Source: Octopus sinensis (Eukaryota). From it: 64,000 nt of DNA. Location of the stretch: NCBI RefSeq assembly GCF_006345805.1, contig NC_043000.1:107570001-107634000 (forward strand), read 5' to 3'. Position 1 is the stretch's first letter; each line of letters starts with the position of its first letter. Shown here piece by piece: positions 40,140 to 54,275 of the stretch. Under the pieces are notes generated by a model, which did no database searches, was not told the origin of the DNA, and was given only the letters and a program-made list of their open reading frames with translations. The translations under genes were made by a program, and so were the position numbers.

Positions 40140-41132
40140 CTCAAATTTTGGCAAAAGGCCAGCAGTTTTAGTGGGTAGGATAGTTGATTATAACGAAATC
40201 TACTGCTCAAGTTTTGCGTATTTCTACTAAAGAAGGAAAGACAAAGTTGATCTCAGTGGCATATGAATTCAGAACATGAAAAGCAGGTTGATATTGATAT
40301 TTATAATAATAAAAGCAAGTATAATATCCGGAATAATCCTGTCCTCTATAAGCACAAGGCCTGAAACTTGGAGGAACGGTGCTCCTCGAATCCAGACCTG
40401 AAAGGGATGAAAGGCAACCGCGGCGGAATTCGAACTCAGGTCTAAGAACCTAAAGATGCGACGAAACGCCGCTAAGTATTTTGTTGAACGTGCTAACAGT
40501 TCCGCCAGCTTGCCGCCTTGATCAGCAAAGTCGACATCGGCGGAATTTGAACTCAAATCGTAAGGACGGACAAAATACCGCTAAGCATACCACCCGCCGT
40601 GCAAACGATTCTGCTACTTTGCCGCCTTGATCAGTAGTAATAATAATAATAATCCTATCTACTATAGGCACAAGGTCTGAAATTTTTTGTGGGGAGGGGA
40701 CTACTTGATTTCACTAGTACTTAATTTATCGACCCCGAAAGCATGAGAGGCGAGTCGACCGCGGCGGGATTTGGACTCAGAACGTAAAGATGGGCAAAAT
40801 GCTGGCCGCCACCTTAGTAATAATAATGATTATTATTATCTTTTCTACTATAGGCATAAAGCCTGAAATTTTGGGGAAGGTGAGTAGTCGATAAAATTGA
40901 CCCTAGTGTTTCACTGGTACTTAATTTATCGATCCTGAAAAGATGAAAGGTCAGCGATTTCGCTGAGTGGTAGTTAAGTCGATTACATGAACCCCTGGTA
41001 CCTATTATATCCACCCCAAAAGGACGAAAGGCAAAGTCGACCCTGGTAGCATTTTAACTCAGAACGTATATTCAGGATAAATGCTGTTAACTATCTTTCC
41101 CGGCGTGGTAACGAAACTGCTAGCTCGCCACC
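40140..41132 (-). mobile_element. Tandem cluster of family-B SINEs and fragments
   Basis: Multiple copies of tcgaccccgaaaggatgaaaggcaaagtcgacc...gaactcagaacg separated by (AAT)n tails. Confidence 0.8.
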
Positions 41133-41137
41133 TTAGT

Positions 41138-41348
<211 letters not shown>

Positions 41349-41669
41349 GGTGATACTGCAGCGAATAGCAAGCAGCATGGACGTGTGACAGCGAGCTGCC
41401 GGGAAGATTAGATCAAATCTGAAACCATCACCAGCCAGGAATTAAGAATCCACAAGAACAATGAAAAGAAACTATGTTCTAGTTTGAATAATATATATAT
41501 ATATATATATATGCAATTTATGCATAGTTTGAATAATATATATATATACAAACATACATACTTATATATATATATGTGTATATATATATATGTATACATA
41601 CATATATATGTAAATATATATATGTATATATATATGTATATATATATATAAAAGTAAAAAAATATACAA

Positions 41670-41990
41670 ACTGGGACAAGAACGTGAAACATTTAGAAGA
41701 CGACACAAAAAAAAAACACGGACGGGACTTTCGAAGCCCTCAGTCATCAGTCAAGAACCGGATCATCTTCGCAATTTCGGCTGATTAATCTTGAGATTGC
41801 TCCGATCTGGGCAGCCCCCAAGGGAAATCTAAGCCAAGCGCATTAGATTCCTTGGAAGAAAGCCTCGAAAGTATACAACACAGGGACGGAAAACGGACGA
41901 TGTTACACGAATAAAAATACAAAAATACGCAAAAACAATAATGATAGCACGAATAAGAATACAAAATACGTAAAAACAATAATGCAATTT
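41670..41990. repeat. Unclassified interspersed element embedded in (TA)n arrays
   Basis: Complex ~320 bp island between TA tracts; atgcaatttatgcatagtttgaataat is repeated at about 41511, 41982 and 42271. Confidence 0.45.
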
Positions 41991-42006
41991 ATGCATAGTT
42001 TGAATA

Positions 42007-42064
<58 letters not shown>

Positions 42065-42070
42065 TATATG

Positions 42071-42177
<107 letters not shown>

Positions 42178-42202
42178 GTATATATATATATGTATAATAT
42201 AT

Positions 42203-42275
<73 letters not shown>

Positions 42276-42339
42276 ATTTATGCATAGTTTGAATAATATA
42301 TATATATATATGCAATTTATGCATATTGCTGTCTGTTCT

Positions 42340-43950
42340 CGGTCTCTCGGTTACACATCAATAATAATTATGAATACGAAAGAAACATCAACACATGTCA
42401 ATGAGCGTAAAACCGAAACCATAACAAAACCAAATAACGATGGACTACAACAGGTTGAATTGCTTCTTTTCAAGGCTGCGCTGTCAGCGGCCACTGGTAG
42501 TAGTAAACACATTTGATCTCTGCTGAACCGAAGGGGTGCGAAGATCCTTTTGTCTCTATGGCTGACCTCTACACCTTCTGCTGAATCTATTTATAGACCT
42601 GTAGGATATGATCTATTCACCAATCTGCTGCCCAACTATTCAACTACAATGGTAGTAGTGGTGGTGGTGATAATGAAAAAAGATAATAATAATATGCTGC
42701 AGCTTCTGATACTATATACTACTAATTCTACAATAATACTACAATAATACTACAACTATTACTGTTATGATAGCACAGGAATCTGAGGCCCAACAACTAC
42801 CCTTACCACTACCCCAACCTTGCTGCTGTTGCTGTTGCTGCAACCACTGCTGCTAATACACATAAAAACAATAATACCAGTGATATCAGTGATGATGATA
42901 ATAATAATGAAAGGAAACGGGTGGAGTCTTCTTATGCTCTAATAATGATACATTTAGTGATGGTGTCACAATAAAAACAGTAGTAATTGCGCAACCTGAT
43001 AAACGCTACCTCATATGAGTGACAATGAAAAAAAAAAACTAAAATATTGTGAATAACGGTGGTAATGAAATTGAAGCCAATGATGGTGACGGTGTTGCAC
43101 CCAGTAGGATCAGAGATTCTGGTCCGGCTCCACCCTGTTGATATCCGGAAAGGGACCACCACGTACGGCGTAGATGGAGCAAGCAAAATTAATGCTATGG
43201 TCATGGAGTATTACTGCATGAGCAACCTGGTAGATGAAAATAGTGCTCAAATTAGGAGTTACCGACAACGTATGTATGATCATTGGATAGAAAAGGGTTT
43301 GTTTCAACTCACGGGACAGAGACTATGTAATCAAGCTAGAACAATAAGGAAAAATTGTTGGTTCACAGAAGTAGAGCTCGAAACTATCAAAAGACGGGTC
43401 ATGAACAATAAATAGCAGTATAAATAAGAATGAAAATACAGTTCTTACTAATAACAATAATCTCATAGCAGGGGAAAGGAGCAGTGATAGCTTCCTTGAT
43501 GAGAGACATAGATGATCTAAAAGAAGACGATAAAACTAATAGCGACATAGATGAACAAAAGGCAATCTACGACAGAATAAAGGAGAATGATAGCGATATT
43601 ATTTGCAACCTTAAAGAGTTTGATCGATGGAAATTGAACAAAGGAAAGAAAATTGTCAATGAAATTCTGAAATACATCAGAGCAAACAACATCACAGAAA
43701 CAAATAATTTGATCAAGGCAGCAAGTATTTTTGTAGCAGAAAATGTGGGTGTCGATGTCAAGAAAAAGAAACATAATGGGAGTGACAAAAGAAAGGATCC
43801 ATGGCAGAAAAGAAGAACCCAGGCAGGGTTAGACATGCTCTCGAAGGAAATCGCTGTGTTAGACCGAAAAGAGAAAGGGGAGCTTAAAAGCGAACAAAAA
43901 TACAGGGCACTGAAAAGGAAGTATAATATTGAAAGAAAGGGCGTGAAAGT
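42340..43950 (+). pseudogene. R4/Dong-clade (RLE-type) LINE, 5' part of the ORF, decayed
   Basis: INAMVMEYY...SYRQRMYDHW...LTGQRLCNQARTIRKNCWFTEVELETIKRR and ITETNNLIKAASIFVAENVG...DPWQKRR, typical of the R4/Dong N-terminal region; breaks off before the RT. Confidence 0.75.
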
Positions 43951-44197
43951 AGTTTTCGTTGTTTTTCAATTCTATGTTTACGTTTTCGGTAATAATATTT
44001 ATTGCGCTTTTAACATTGAAGTGTAAGTTATTGTGGTTGCTTTTCTGTCTGCTGATTTTAATGTTAAGCTTTGTTATCAGTTTTGAAATCCAGATTTGTT
44101 TTTGAAGTATATTGCAGAACTTTAAGATTGCTTTCACCGTGGCTACAATAATTTTCACCGTGGCTACATACACTGTGTTTGTGTGTACGTACGTGTG

Positions 44198-44237
<40 letters not shown>

Positions 44238-44325
44238 TGAGTGTGCGTGCGTGCGTGAGTGTGCGTGTGTGTGTATGTGTGCGTGAGTGTGTGTGTATGT
44301 GCGCGTGCGTGTGTGTGCATGTGTG

Positions 44326-44820
44326 TGAGGGCGCATGGCCTAGTCGTCAGGGTGTTGCATTCACGATCACAAGATCGCGCATTCACAAGATCGCACCGCA
44401 TGGTGCGTTGTATTATAGCCTGATGTGCAGTATATTGTGCACTTCTTGAGGCAACGTTTACTTGATGGGCAAAGTTTCTCAGACTACCTGAGACCAACAT
44501 CATGTATGTATGCATGTACAAACATATATACAAAGTAAAAACCGTCATGAATGACCATGTGACTGCACAAAAAAAGTTCATCTCCGAGGCACAAGTCCGG
44601 GCAAGTTTCTTTATGGAAGGCCTACAGTCGTCCATGGATACTAGCCTGTCCTCTCCCCTCAGCCACCGATGTTATCCGAGGGAAAGGCAAAAGCCTATAC
44701 AACTTGGCACCAGTGATGTTGCAGCTCATTTCTATAGCTAAGTGAACTGGAACGGGGACTCGAACTCACTACCTATTGATTGTGAGCGCGATGCTATGTC
44801 CACTGAGCTATGCGCCTTCA
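44326..44820. mobile_element. Two tRNA-derived SINEs in convergent orientation
   Basis: Plus-strand head gagggcgcatggcctagtcg near 44326; minus-strand head gaaggcgcatagctcagtgg...gagttcgagtcc near 44820; each follows a (GT)n tract. Confidence 0.65.
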
Positions 44821-46178
44821 CACACACACACACACACACATTGCCTATGTTTAGATTATAAAGCATTGTGTTATCTATAATTGAGTCATACATTAATGAA
44901 GTTAGATAATCTGCTGGTTAGATTATATATTCTGTCAGTGAATTCCGGTTGTTTTCCACTAGTTTTCTTAACTAATTACGCGCGATAAGGATTATGTGAA
45001 AATCTAGGCTTAATAAGCAGAGCGTTTCGATAAAAGCTGAACACTCTTCCGTGAACTTTTTCTGATCCTCTTTACAACTTACCTACAATGAGTAGACTAA
45101 GATATCTCTTCATTCCTTCGTGATTTTCATCACAAGAATTAATCTTTCTCAGAAGATCGACGGAGATTAACAGGAAATTTTATGAGATTTTATGAGATTT
45201 TATGAGATTCGTGAAACACAAGTATAGGAATATACAATCGCAGGGCCTAACATTATTTACGACACCGCCAGCACTAGAAGTAGGAGACTAGTTAGTAGTT
45301 TATCAATTTCCTTATATATTTGCGCTAAACTGGTTTAATCTTATTAAGCGTACTATCAAACGTTTAATCTTTATCAAATATACAACATAAGCAATAATCG
45401 ACATCCTTCTACTATCACAATAACGATATAATGAAGCTTTAATCTGTACGATATTTAGTTTAAAGAAACATATCCAACAGCTATATCTCAGAAGCTTCTT
45501 ATTAATCGTTTTATCTTTACTGTTCGTCTTCTTTCATTTCTTCAATATCGTATTTGATTGTAGTCAGAATTGATGGACATTTCCCAACAAATCTCGACAT
45601 TTGCGTAGGAAAATGTTAGATTTCACCCTTAATTAATTATTGGCCTAGTATCGCACTAATATCGATATTATACTAAATATTACAGTAAATTAGTTTTCCT
45701 GTGTTAACAGGAACTAATAGACTGATGATTAAATTTTCATATCAAATAATTAAGAGCTGACAGAAAAATCTTACAAATTGACTGACAGTTTCTGAGCATT
45801 GCTTCATCGTGGTTTGAAATCAAGGAAAACAAAATAAAAGTTATAAAAAGGGACATGCTTATGATCATTAAGTATACAGTTTTTCTGAATCCTGTTGTTA
45901 CGTTAAATACACACTCAATTAAAATATATGAATATCATCGAATAAATTTAGAGATCTGAAACACAATTGTCACACATCAAATAATCTGTTCTATGAATTT
46001 CGTAAATTATAAGGTTTAAAAAATTTATTATTATTTTATCATTATATTTTTTGAAATTAAATTCGATCTAATTCTAAACATCAATAGTATCTATTAAATT
46101 CTTGCAGAATATAACTGATCAAAATAATGAAATTCCACCTTTAATACCTTAAACACACACACACACACACACACACAC

Positions 46179-46210
<32 letters not shown>

Positions 46211-49105
46211 AAATATGAAAATTTATACACACACACATATATATTGCTGCGCTTGTTTTTAAAAATTTAAACTTTGATCACAGCAAAATTGTTATATTTT
46301 AAATGATATTCAGTAGAAAATATTTTCACATTTCTTAACAGATATTTCGTTTCGAGAATCGAAAATATCATAATGGATTTATTTTTTTGTAACACTTAAT
46401 CGTAAAAGCATGTCTTTTTTTAAATACATATATACATTTTAACACTCTTTTTAGATGTTAAAAGATAATTATTGTTAAAAAACACTTCACGAAATTTTCC
46501 CAATAATACTCACATAAATTCTGGGAAAAAATCAAATTAGCTTAGAAACATGATACTCAATTATTCATACGAAGTCTAAAATTCGCGCGTTGCTGATAGT
46601 ACACTAAAAGGGTTATTGGGAGTGTTTCTATGATGGCTACCACCCAAAGAAAAACTTCAAATTAGCTAAGCATTCATTAATTATTCAGTACGTCTTACAG
46701 TTGCCAGACTTTGATATAATGTTTGATATAACCTAGATATAGTTATGGTCAGTGGAATTGTAGTATACATCGAACCTCTTCTGTCCTTTCATAAAGAGAA
46801 CGTAATGGTATCGCCTATATTCATACAGAGATAATGAGCTTCCGCTGGGCGTTATTAAAGTTCCTGCTAGCGATTATGTAGTTTCGGAAACGAACTGGTC
46901 TGTATTTTGATAGTTGCAAAATTATATATCGGTGTTTCTAGAATTAATACATTCATTTGGTAAAGAATCTTCGATATCCTACAATACATTCAGTACAATA
47001 GTCGGCTACTTGAAATAATGCAAATAAGAAAATGTTAGCTCCCTACGATGACAAATTTGGCATAAATGCAACATAATTTATAAGGAAGTTACTTTAACAT
47101 ATTTTCTCATGCCAGGTGGGACACATTTAAATATTAATGATTTCAAAAATTCTTTTTGTTTCCATTGAGAGGACATTATCGATTCACTTGTCTTTAGAAT
47201 TCTGATAGAAAACTATAATCTTCAGTTACAGAGTTTTGTTTTTCATTCATCAGAATGATAGAGATTCCGGAATATAAGCACTAAAGTTGCATGTTTTGGC
47301 ACTTTAGAATAAAAGCTTTCAGCTGAATTTAAAATAAATCGAAAATATTCTCAAATACTTCGCACAAAAGGACACGAGTCCTGAAGTGTTTCGTTAAAAG
47401 TGCATTTAAACAGCTGGTTCTTTAAACAAAATATTAAGATAGCAACGGAAGGCCTACCAATTTCTGAAATTTATTAATAAAATAACAAATGTAAAACTAT
47501 GAACAAAGTAACGAAAAATAATGAATATGGTGACATTGCATATTCATAATGGCGTTTTTTTTACGAAATTATTCAGAAGAGAGGTTTTAAATTAAGAAAC
47601 CGCTCATGGAGCTTGTCATTCCATAAAACAAATCGATACACTAAGTACGAGATCTAAAATAAGTACCTGAGGCTATTCGTTCGACTAACTTTAACAGAAG
47701 GTACTCCTTCATGTACGCAGTTCAATGACTTAAATAAGTAAAAGACAAATTTTTACAGTCAGGATAGCAAATTTCTTTAGTCTATTTGTTATATCTTTGT
47801 GTATGATACTTATTACTGATTTCAACATTTCTATACCCTTTGATACTATAATTTATATAGGTATGAAATGGAAGAAAAGAGGAATACCGGGCGTACACAA
47901 TTTCCACCGACTAAATTTCATTCGAAAGATACAGATTAACTTTAAAATATAAAAAAAAGAATACTTGTACCACGCGGTGGGATCGACTCGAGCATCACGT
48001 GATTTCAACGCAAACTACTTGATCCCAAATCTATGCACGTATCCACTTCTCATCCGCAGAAAATCCCATTCGTTTCTTGAAAGTGTCTACGAAATAAATG
48101 GCAATATTTTACATAAAAATGTCAAGTACTGTAATATACGTTACATAGTGACGGGCGCCGCATACCAAGAGCTAAGTTCCTCCTAGATTGAATCTATAAC
48201 CTTACATCAATTCGAGGTGAAAGCAATTTCACTTCGGTTGTGTCACTAATACTTTTGGGAAATATACGAAGATCTCAAGCTGCTTTTTCTTCCACCGACT
48301 ATATAGCATTTATTATATATTATAGGAAACGATAATTAAAATATATATATATTAATATTTTTGCATATACGCTGTTGTAAAATCATTGCTGTAATTTAAT
48401 TCTGGTGGTATTTATATGGTAAAGCTGCGTTAATAAATATATTGAGAAAAAGAAAAAACTGTAATTATGTTAGGCTATAGTGAGGTGACAACCTGACAGA
48501 TGCCAGTCAAATAACTAATGCAAGCACACACACGTATAGACACAAATACACATACATACATACATACATACATACATACATACATACATACATACATACA
48601 TACATACATACATACATACATGCATACATTCATACATACATACATACATATGTGTCCATCTTTGTTTTCTTTACGCGACCATCTTTCCTTTCCTGCACGA
48701 ACGTTCAAAAGAACGGATGTGTTTTTTTTTCTCTCTCTTCTATCTTTTCTCTTGTCAAAAAAAGTGTTTCAGCCAGTGTTCATTGTTTATCCCTCGTTCT
48801 GGTCTAACAACCCTCCATGTTTATTTTCGTTCGGTTTCTTTGTATGTCTCCGATGTCATGTTTTTGTTCCCGAATTTGCCTCTTCATAAATCCTAAATTT
48901 TATTTTAAAATTTATGAGAGCAACTGTCTTTCAAGACTTTTATTGTTGTTGAATGATCGAAATGAGGAGTAGATACACAGCCGACAGCTCATGCAGGGTC
49001 CCTTCTCTGTGTTTATTGTCCTGCTCTCCATTTTTCTCATTGTTTACGTATTTCATGTTATTTGCACCGTTGGTGACGTCCTGTACTCACATATGCATAT
49101 GTATG

Positions 49106-49136
<31 letters not shown>

Positions 49137-49183
49137 GTGTGTGTGTGTGTGTGTGTGCGTGTGTGTGTGTGTATGTGTGTATT

Positions 49184-49236
<53 letters not shown>

Positions 49237-49469
49237 GTGTGTATATATATACACACACCTCACTGGGATTTTACCACTCGTGAGGTTCTACTCGCTATGT
49301 AGTCCGGATCTTTCCTACTCCATTCTGTAACTCATATTTTTCCGCACACCCAACAACCCTAGTTGCCTACTGTGAAATATAAAAAAAACCCAAAAAACAA
49401 AACAAAAGAACAACTTTTTTCAGCTTATCGTTCTTCGAGATGAAAAAAATCCACAACCTTCTGTCTCAA

Positions 49470-49924
49470 TAAACCACTGTAAGTTTTTAATTTTTTTATA
49501 TTTACTACGGATTGCTTGAACTTAACTTTCTTCCTACACTTCGATCCAACGGTCCCTATCTGAAAATTTTGGTTTTCTTCGGGAGTTTTATTTTGACGAG
49601 GAGGTTATCCCTCTTTCTCAAAGGCTGCCATTACTTTCGAGACAGTACTTCTTGATACACCAAACATTTCGGCTGTTTTCGTTACGCTAGCACCTGCCAT
49701 ACGAGCACCAGCAATTTGACCTCTTTGAAAGTCATTTTATTGAATTTTAATTACCTTTTTTTCTGATGATATCTGAAAAGAAACAGCAATTTTAGCGAAA
49801 CATATTGAGCAACACTAACAATAAATAAAAAAACCCATAAAAATAAACAAGCTTTGACAGTTTTATAGATACTTCAAAATTATGATGTTATGATGCTAGT
49901 TGTTTCCATTATTTTGTCAAACCC

Positions 49925-49927
<3 letters not shown>
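49470..49927 (-). mobile_element. Tc1-family transposon 5' fragment
   Basis: TA followed by TIR caggggtttgacaaaataatggaaac; DFQRGQIAGARMAGASVTKTAEMFGVSRSTVSKV is a paired-like helix-turn-helix. Confidence 0.8.
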
Positions 49928-49976
<49 letters not shown>

Positions 49977-49988
49977 ATATATATGCAT

Positions 49989-50060
<72 letters not shown>

Positions 50061-50086
50061 CTATGAATTAGAAACAGTTCAAGGGA

Positions 50087-50474
50087 TATAAACAAGATCA
50101 AACACACATACACAAAATGTGCCTTTTTAGTTCGTCATTGGGTTGCGTTTATAGGCATAAGAGAATATATTCTCATCGATTCGTCTAGTGTTAGAATACT
50201 CGGAAGTCATAAACAAGTGAGATAACTCGCATCTGGTTCCATGCAGGTTAAATAGTCTTCGATGTTTCGCCATGTTTGTGATTTGTCAATATTGCATACT
50301 GGAAACGAGGCCCAACGTAAGCTAATTCGCTGTCTTTGACTGTGTGCAAAATAGTGTAAGGACCAACATTGGAACATACCAGTAGATGGTATGTCTCAAC
50401 ATTGGTTCTTACGCCTATAAGCGCAGTCTATACACAAACTAGCAAAATACATACCTTGTATATGTGTTAGATAT

Positions 50475-50482
<8 letters not shown>
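50087..50482. mobile_element. Old MITE-like fold-back with ~75 bp diverged arms
   Basis: 50091-50162 aligns with the reverse complement of 50407-50478 (tgcgtttataggcataaga vs tgcgcttataggcgtaaga). Confidence 0.6.
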
Positions 50483-50535
<53 letters not shown>

Positions 50536-50541
<6 letters not shown>

Positions 50542-50982
50542 GATAAAACTACTATTAGGCAAATCATACAATGAAAAACTTAAGCCAATACATAAGATTA
50601 TTTAATTTATATTATTTAAATATATAACAAAATTATTTAAGAAATATAATTAATATAATACTACGATCGTTTAATCTAAGATTAAACCTCGCCAAGTTAA
50701 AAATTTAAACCACCTAATGAATGACTGTAACTCGAAAATTTAAAGAAAGTAACAGCCATGAAACGATCGTAGTGTTATATTAATTATATATTTTTTAATA
50801 ATTTTGTTATATATTTAAATAATATGAATTAAATAATCTTATGTATTGGCTTAAGTTTTTCGTTGTATGATTTGCCTAATAGTGGTTTTATCTCTAATTT
50901 AATATATAATATTTTACTATAAAATTGGATTCAATCCTAAATCTGACTTTTCCCTGTAAGTTTGGATTTATTCCCTAATATT

Positions 50983-50985
<3 letters not shown>
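50536..50985 (+). mobile_element. Non-autonomous Penelope-type element with an inverted 5' copy and a hammerhead motif
   Basis: Arms 50536-50672 and 50761-50898 are inverted repeats; tail 50920-50985 resembles 3205-3275 downstream of the Penelope ORF; flanked by (TA)n. Confidence 0.7.
50711..50774 (+). ncRNA. Hammerhead ribozyme with a core mutation (CTAATGA)
   Basis: cac CTAATGA atgactgtaact...agtaacagccat GAAAC GATC GTA gtg; palindromic ACGATCGT at stem III. Confidence 0.7.
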
Positions 50986-51045
<60 letters not shown>

Positions 51046-51318
51046 ATTTAGTTGAATTAGGTACTTAAACTGTGGCACCTTGTTTGGATTGAATAATATA
51101 CACAGACAATGATGTTATGTAAATATCAAACTGTACATGTGTACCGGCCGAATGATATTCTTGCAGTGTATGCAGATATTTCAGCTGAGTGAAGAAATTC
51201 GCTCTTGAGCTATTCAAACATGTATATTATGTTAAATATACAGTCCATAATATTTACGAAAAGCAGATTCCGAGATAAAATGTACTATGAGTATTATGAG
51301 TAAAATGTGAATAAAATG

Positions 51319-51634
51319 TAAATCAGTAACAGTAGAGGTACAGGTGTTAATCCATTACGGTTATTGCCAACAAGTCCTTTATTTGATTAATGAAAACGTT
51401 ACGCCATTATAAAGAAAACCGTCTTTTCAGAAGAATTCATGATCTTCAAAATTTGGGATATTCAGAATGATTCAAAATAGTTTAAAATCGACGGAGCAAA
51501 ACATCTTTATTTTGAAGTTCATGAATTCATCTGACGTAAACGGTTTCTTTATAATGATGTAATGTTTTCATTAATCAATTGAAGGAGTCGTTAGAAACGG
51601 CCGTAATGGATTGACACCTCTACTGTTGCTCATT

Positions 51635-51636
<2 letters not shown>
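51319..51636. mobile_element. MITE-like fold-back with ~130 bp arms
   Basis: aacagtagagg...ttaatccattacgg...attaatgaaaac...gaattcatgatcttcaaaat is mirrored at 51508-51636. Confidence 0.8.
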
Positions 51637-51676
<40 letters not shown>

Positions 51677-52536
51677 CGTGTTCGTGCGTATATATATATA
51701 TATATATATATATAAGAGGGATAACCACTAAGTTGGCATCCATTATGATAGAAGTAGACCCCCTATGGTCTTACCACTAAGAAAGGATGTCACGATAAAC
51801 ACCACAGATCTTGCTGAATATGATTGCCCATGTCTTCCTTGTCAAAATAATTTATCTTTCCATTTTCAAACTGGGAACAAGACCATTTGTCTGTTGTCTT
51901 TTTTAGCAGATGACGTTTAATCAAGAATCGTTGGTTAGGAAGAAGATAAGAAGAAAAACGTAAGGGAGATAATCAACGTTGCAATAATTCGATGTGAGAT
52001 TTAATATGCTCAAAAGGAAACCGATATTTAGAATTCCAACTGAATTCGTGTTTATTCAAAGGAAAAGTGTGAGTACGTGTCGTATTTGGGTAGGTCACTG
52101 AACACACATAAGAAACTAAGCAAATGACCCACACACATACACACACGTATCTCGAACCGTTTTCTCTTTTGGTCGCTAAGCGGGTTTGAAATCATATGAT
52201 ATCTTTAAGGCTGGATTTTTTGTAAAAAATTGTTTATCAACTAATGCAGAGCCAAAGGCAGCAGGAAATCTGCATCATCGCAGAATGACCTATTTGTGTC
52301 TAGTTCTCACAGGCAGGGCATTTATCTGTCAAATTTATCTGTCAAATCATCATGTTTACCGTCTCCAAAAGAATAGAGATGGTTAGAGCAAATCATCGAT
52401 GTGTTCTTTTATTGAATTATTGGTTCTAATCATTGGACCAAGGCCATACTGGAGCATCACTATCGATTCCTTTTCCTTGGGTCATTATAGAGAAAAGTAT
52501 ATGTTTTTAATATGGTAATATTTTTATCAATATATA

Positions 52537-52611
<75 letters not shown>

Positions 52612-52770
52612 ATATATATTGTGAAATAGAAAGATGAATAATCTTGTTGCAGATTAATCAAAAGTTTAACCGATACCTTGGTAGCAAAAATCACAGCGGA
52701 AGACACCACGGTTGGAGGTACAACCATATGGTGTTGCAACCATGCGTTGGTGCGGATAATTGAATTTTAA

Positions 52771-53017
52771 TATTATTAGTGAATTGAAGAAATGGAGTTG
52801 AGCAAAACAAATCGTTCGATTTGTTTTGCTCCGCCTCTGTTCTGTTTTTGTTTTTTCCAACGGATTTCCTATTTCTTCCTGAAGAGAAAGACACAATATG
52901 GTCTCCTTATTCAATCGGAATTTGGTAAATTGTGGCTTTCGAAACACGTGTAGAATGCAATAAAACGATTTCTGTTCAATCATCGCTCAACTCCATTTCT
53001 TCAATTCACTAATAATA
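52771..53017 (+). mobile_element. Short hammerhead-bearing element with a perfect 33-bp inverted copy of its 3' end
   Basis: tattattagtgaattgaagaaatggagttgagc (52771-52803) is the reverse complement of 52985-53017; runs into (TA)n. Confidence 0.75.
52876..52955 (+). ncRNA. Minimal type-I hammerhead ribozyme with intact core
   Basis: ttc CTGAAGA (52879-52885) gaaagacacaat...attgtggctttc GAAAC ACGT GTA gaa; 11 of 12 pairs in stem II; palindromic ACACGTGT. Confidence 0.8.
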
Positions 53018-53129
53018 TATATATATATATATATATATATTCTACCGAGTAAATATGCAGCATTTTCGGCACAACATCATTTTCTCTTAACAAATGGTGT
53101 TGTTTAACATACGAAGAATTGCTCAACAT

Positions 53130-53278
53130 TCCGAGTTCTTTTACAGAGCTTAGAAAAATTGAAGGACTGCTGCAATAAGTGTGCGTATCTTTGAGTGGAA
53201 TATGTTGAATAAAATCATAACTTATCCCTCCGTATTTTCTTTTACCCGAAGCTAGGAAACTTTCAGCACCCTTTGTAT
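53130..53278 (+). mobile_element. mariner-like 3'-terminal fragment
   Basis: LEKLKDCCNKCAYL*VEYVE* resembles a mariner C-terminus; TIR-like gaaactttcagcaccctttg followed by TA. Confidence 0.45.
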
Positions 53279-53890
53279 ATATGGCTGTGTGGTACTTTGG
53301 GCAAGTGTTTTCTGCAATGGCCTTATACCAACCAAAGTTTTATGAGCGAATTGATTGACAGAAACTCAAAGATACCTGTCGTATATAAATACGTTTTTCT
53401 TATATATGCATGTTGAGTTTCCTTGTAGCTTCAGACTAAATTTTTTAAAATATATGTATATGTACTTATGCATTTATGTATGCATATATGTTATTTCTTG
53501 AAGGTGATTTGTATAACAATTACTGTAATTTTCGATTCGATATCGCCTAAAGAAGCATATCATATGAGGTTTGCTAAATCGTCTAATTCGTAAATGTTTA
53601 CTATCGTTAAATTATATTTAATTATTTCTGTTCAACTTATAAACTCCTCTAGTTAATGTTTGTAGTTAAAACGCTGCTACTAGGATGAGCCACATAAAAT
53701 GGTTTATACTAATGTCAGTTAATTGGCCCTTGAAGCTAAGTTTGTTAATTCGATCACTTAGGATCCTCTCTTTTACTACTGTATCCCTCATAAAATTATA
53801 GAAATTACTCGCTTTTGTAAGAAATGAATTTTCAAACATATCGTACCTGGCACGCACGCACAACACATATACACATGGAGATATGTATAT

Positions 53891-53956
<66 letters not shown>

Positions 53957-54275
53957 TTATAATGTTTTGCATATATGTCTATATATATATGTGTGTGTGT
54001 CTGTGTGCGTGTGCGTGTGTGTGTGTATTCTTATATTTGTTTCAGTTATTTGACTGGAGCCATGCTAGATCACCGCCTTTAGTCGAACAAATCGACCCCA
54101 GGACTTATTCTCTGGAAGCCTAGCACTTATTCTAGCACGCAATTTTGTCATAGCATTTTAATTATATTTTAGGTAAATTTCGACATACCTAATAATTGAT
54201 GTATGCCTTTTAATAATTTTCTACTTATTTCAGACAGAAAACATTCTTTAAGCATAGGCCCCGTTAATTCTGAAC

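Noticed and set aside
41725-41755. Minus-strand CTGATGA...GAAA as a further hammerhead
   Set aside because: Stem II cannot form a viable loop and stems I and III do not pair.
45560-46910. Further exons of the putative host gene (acceptors near 45563, 46107, 46341 and 46828)
   Set aside because: Each gives only a short frame and none can be preferred without transcript data.
49773-49797. CTGATGA...GAAAC hammerhead-like match
   Set aside because: No stem II pairing; it lies in the Tc1 leader.
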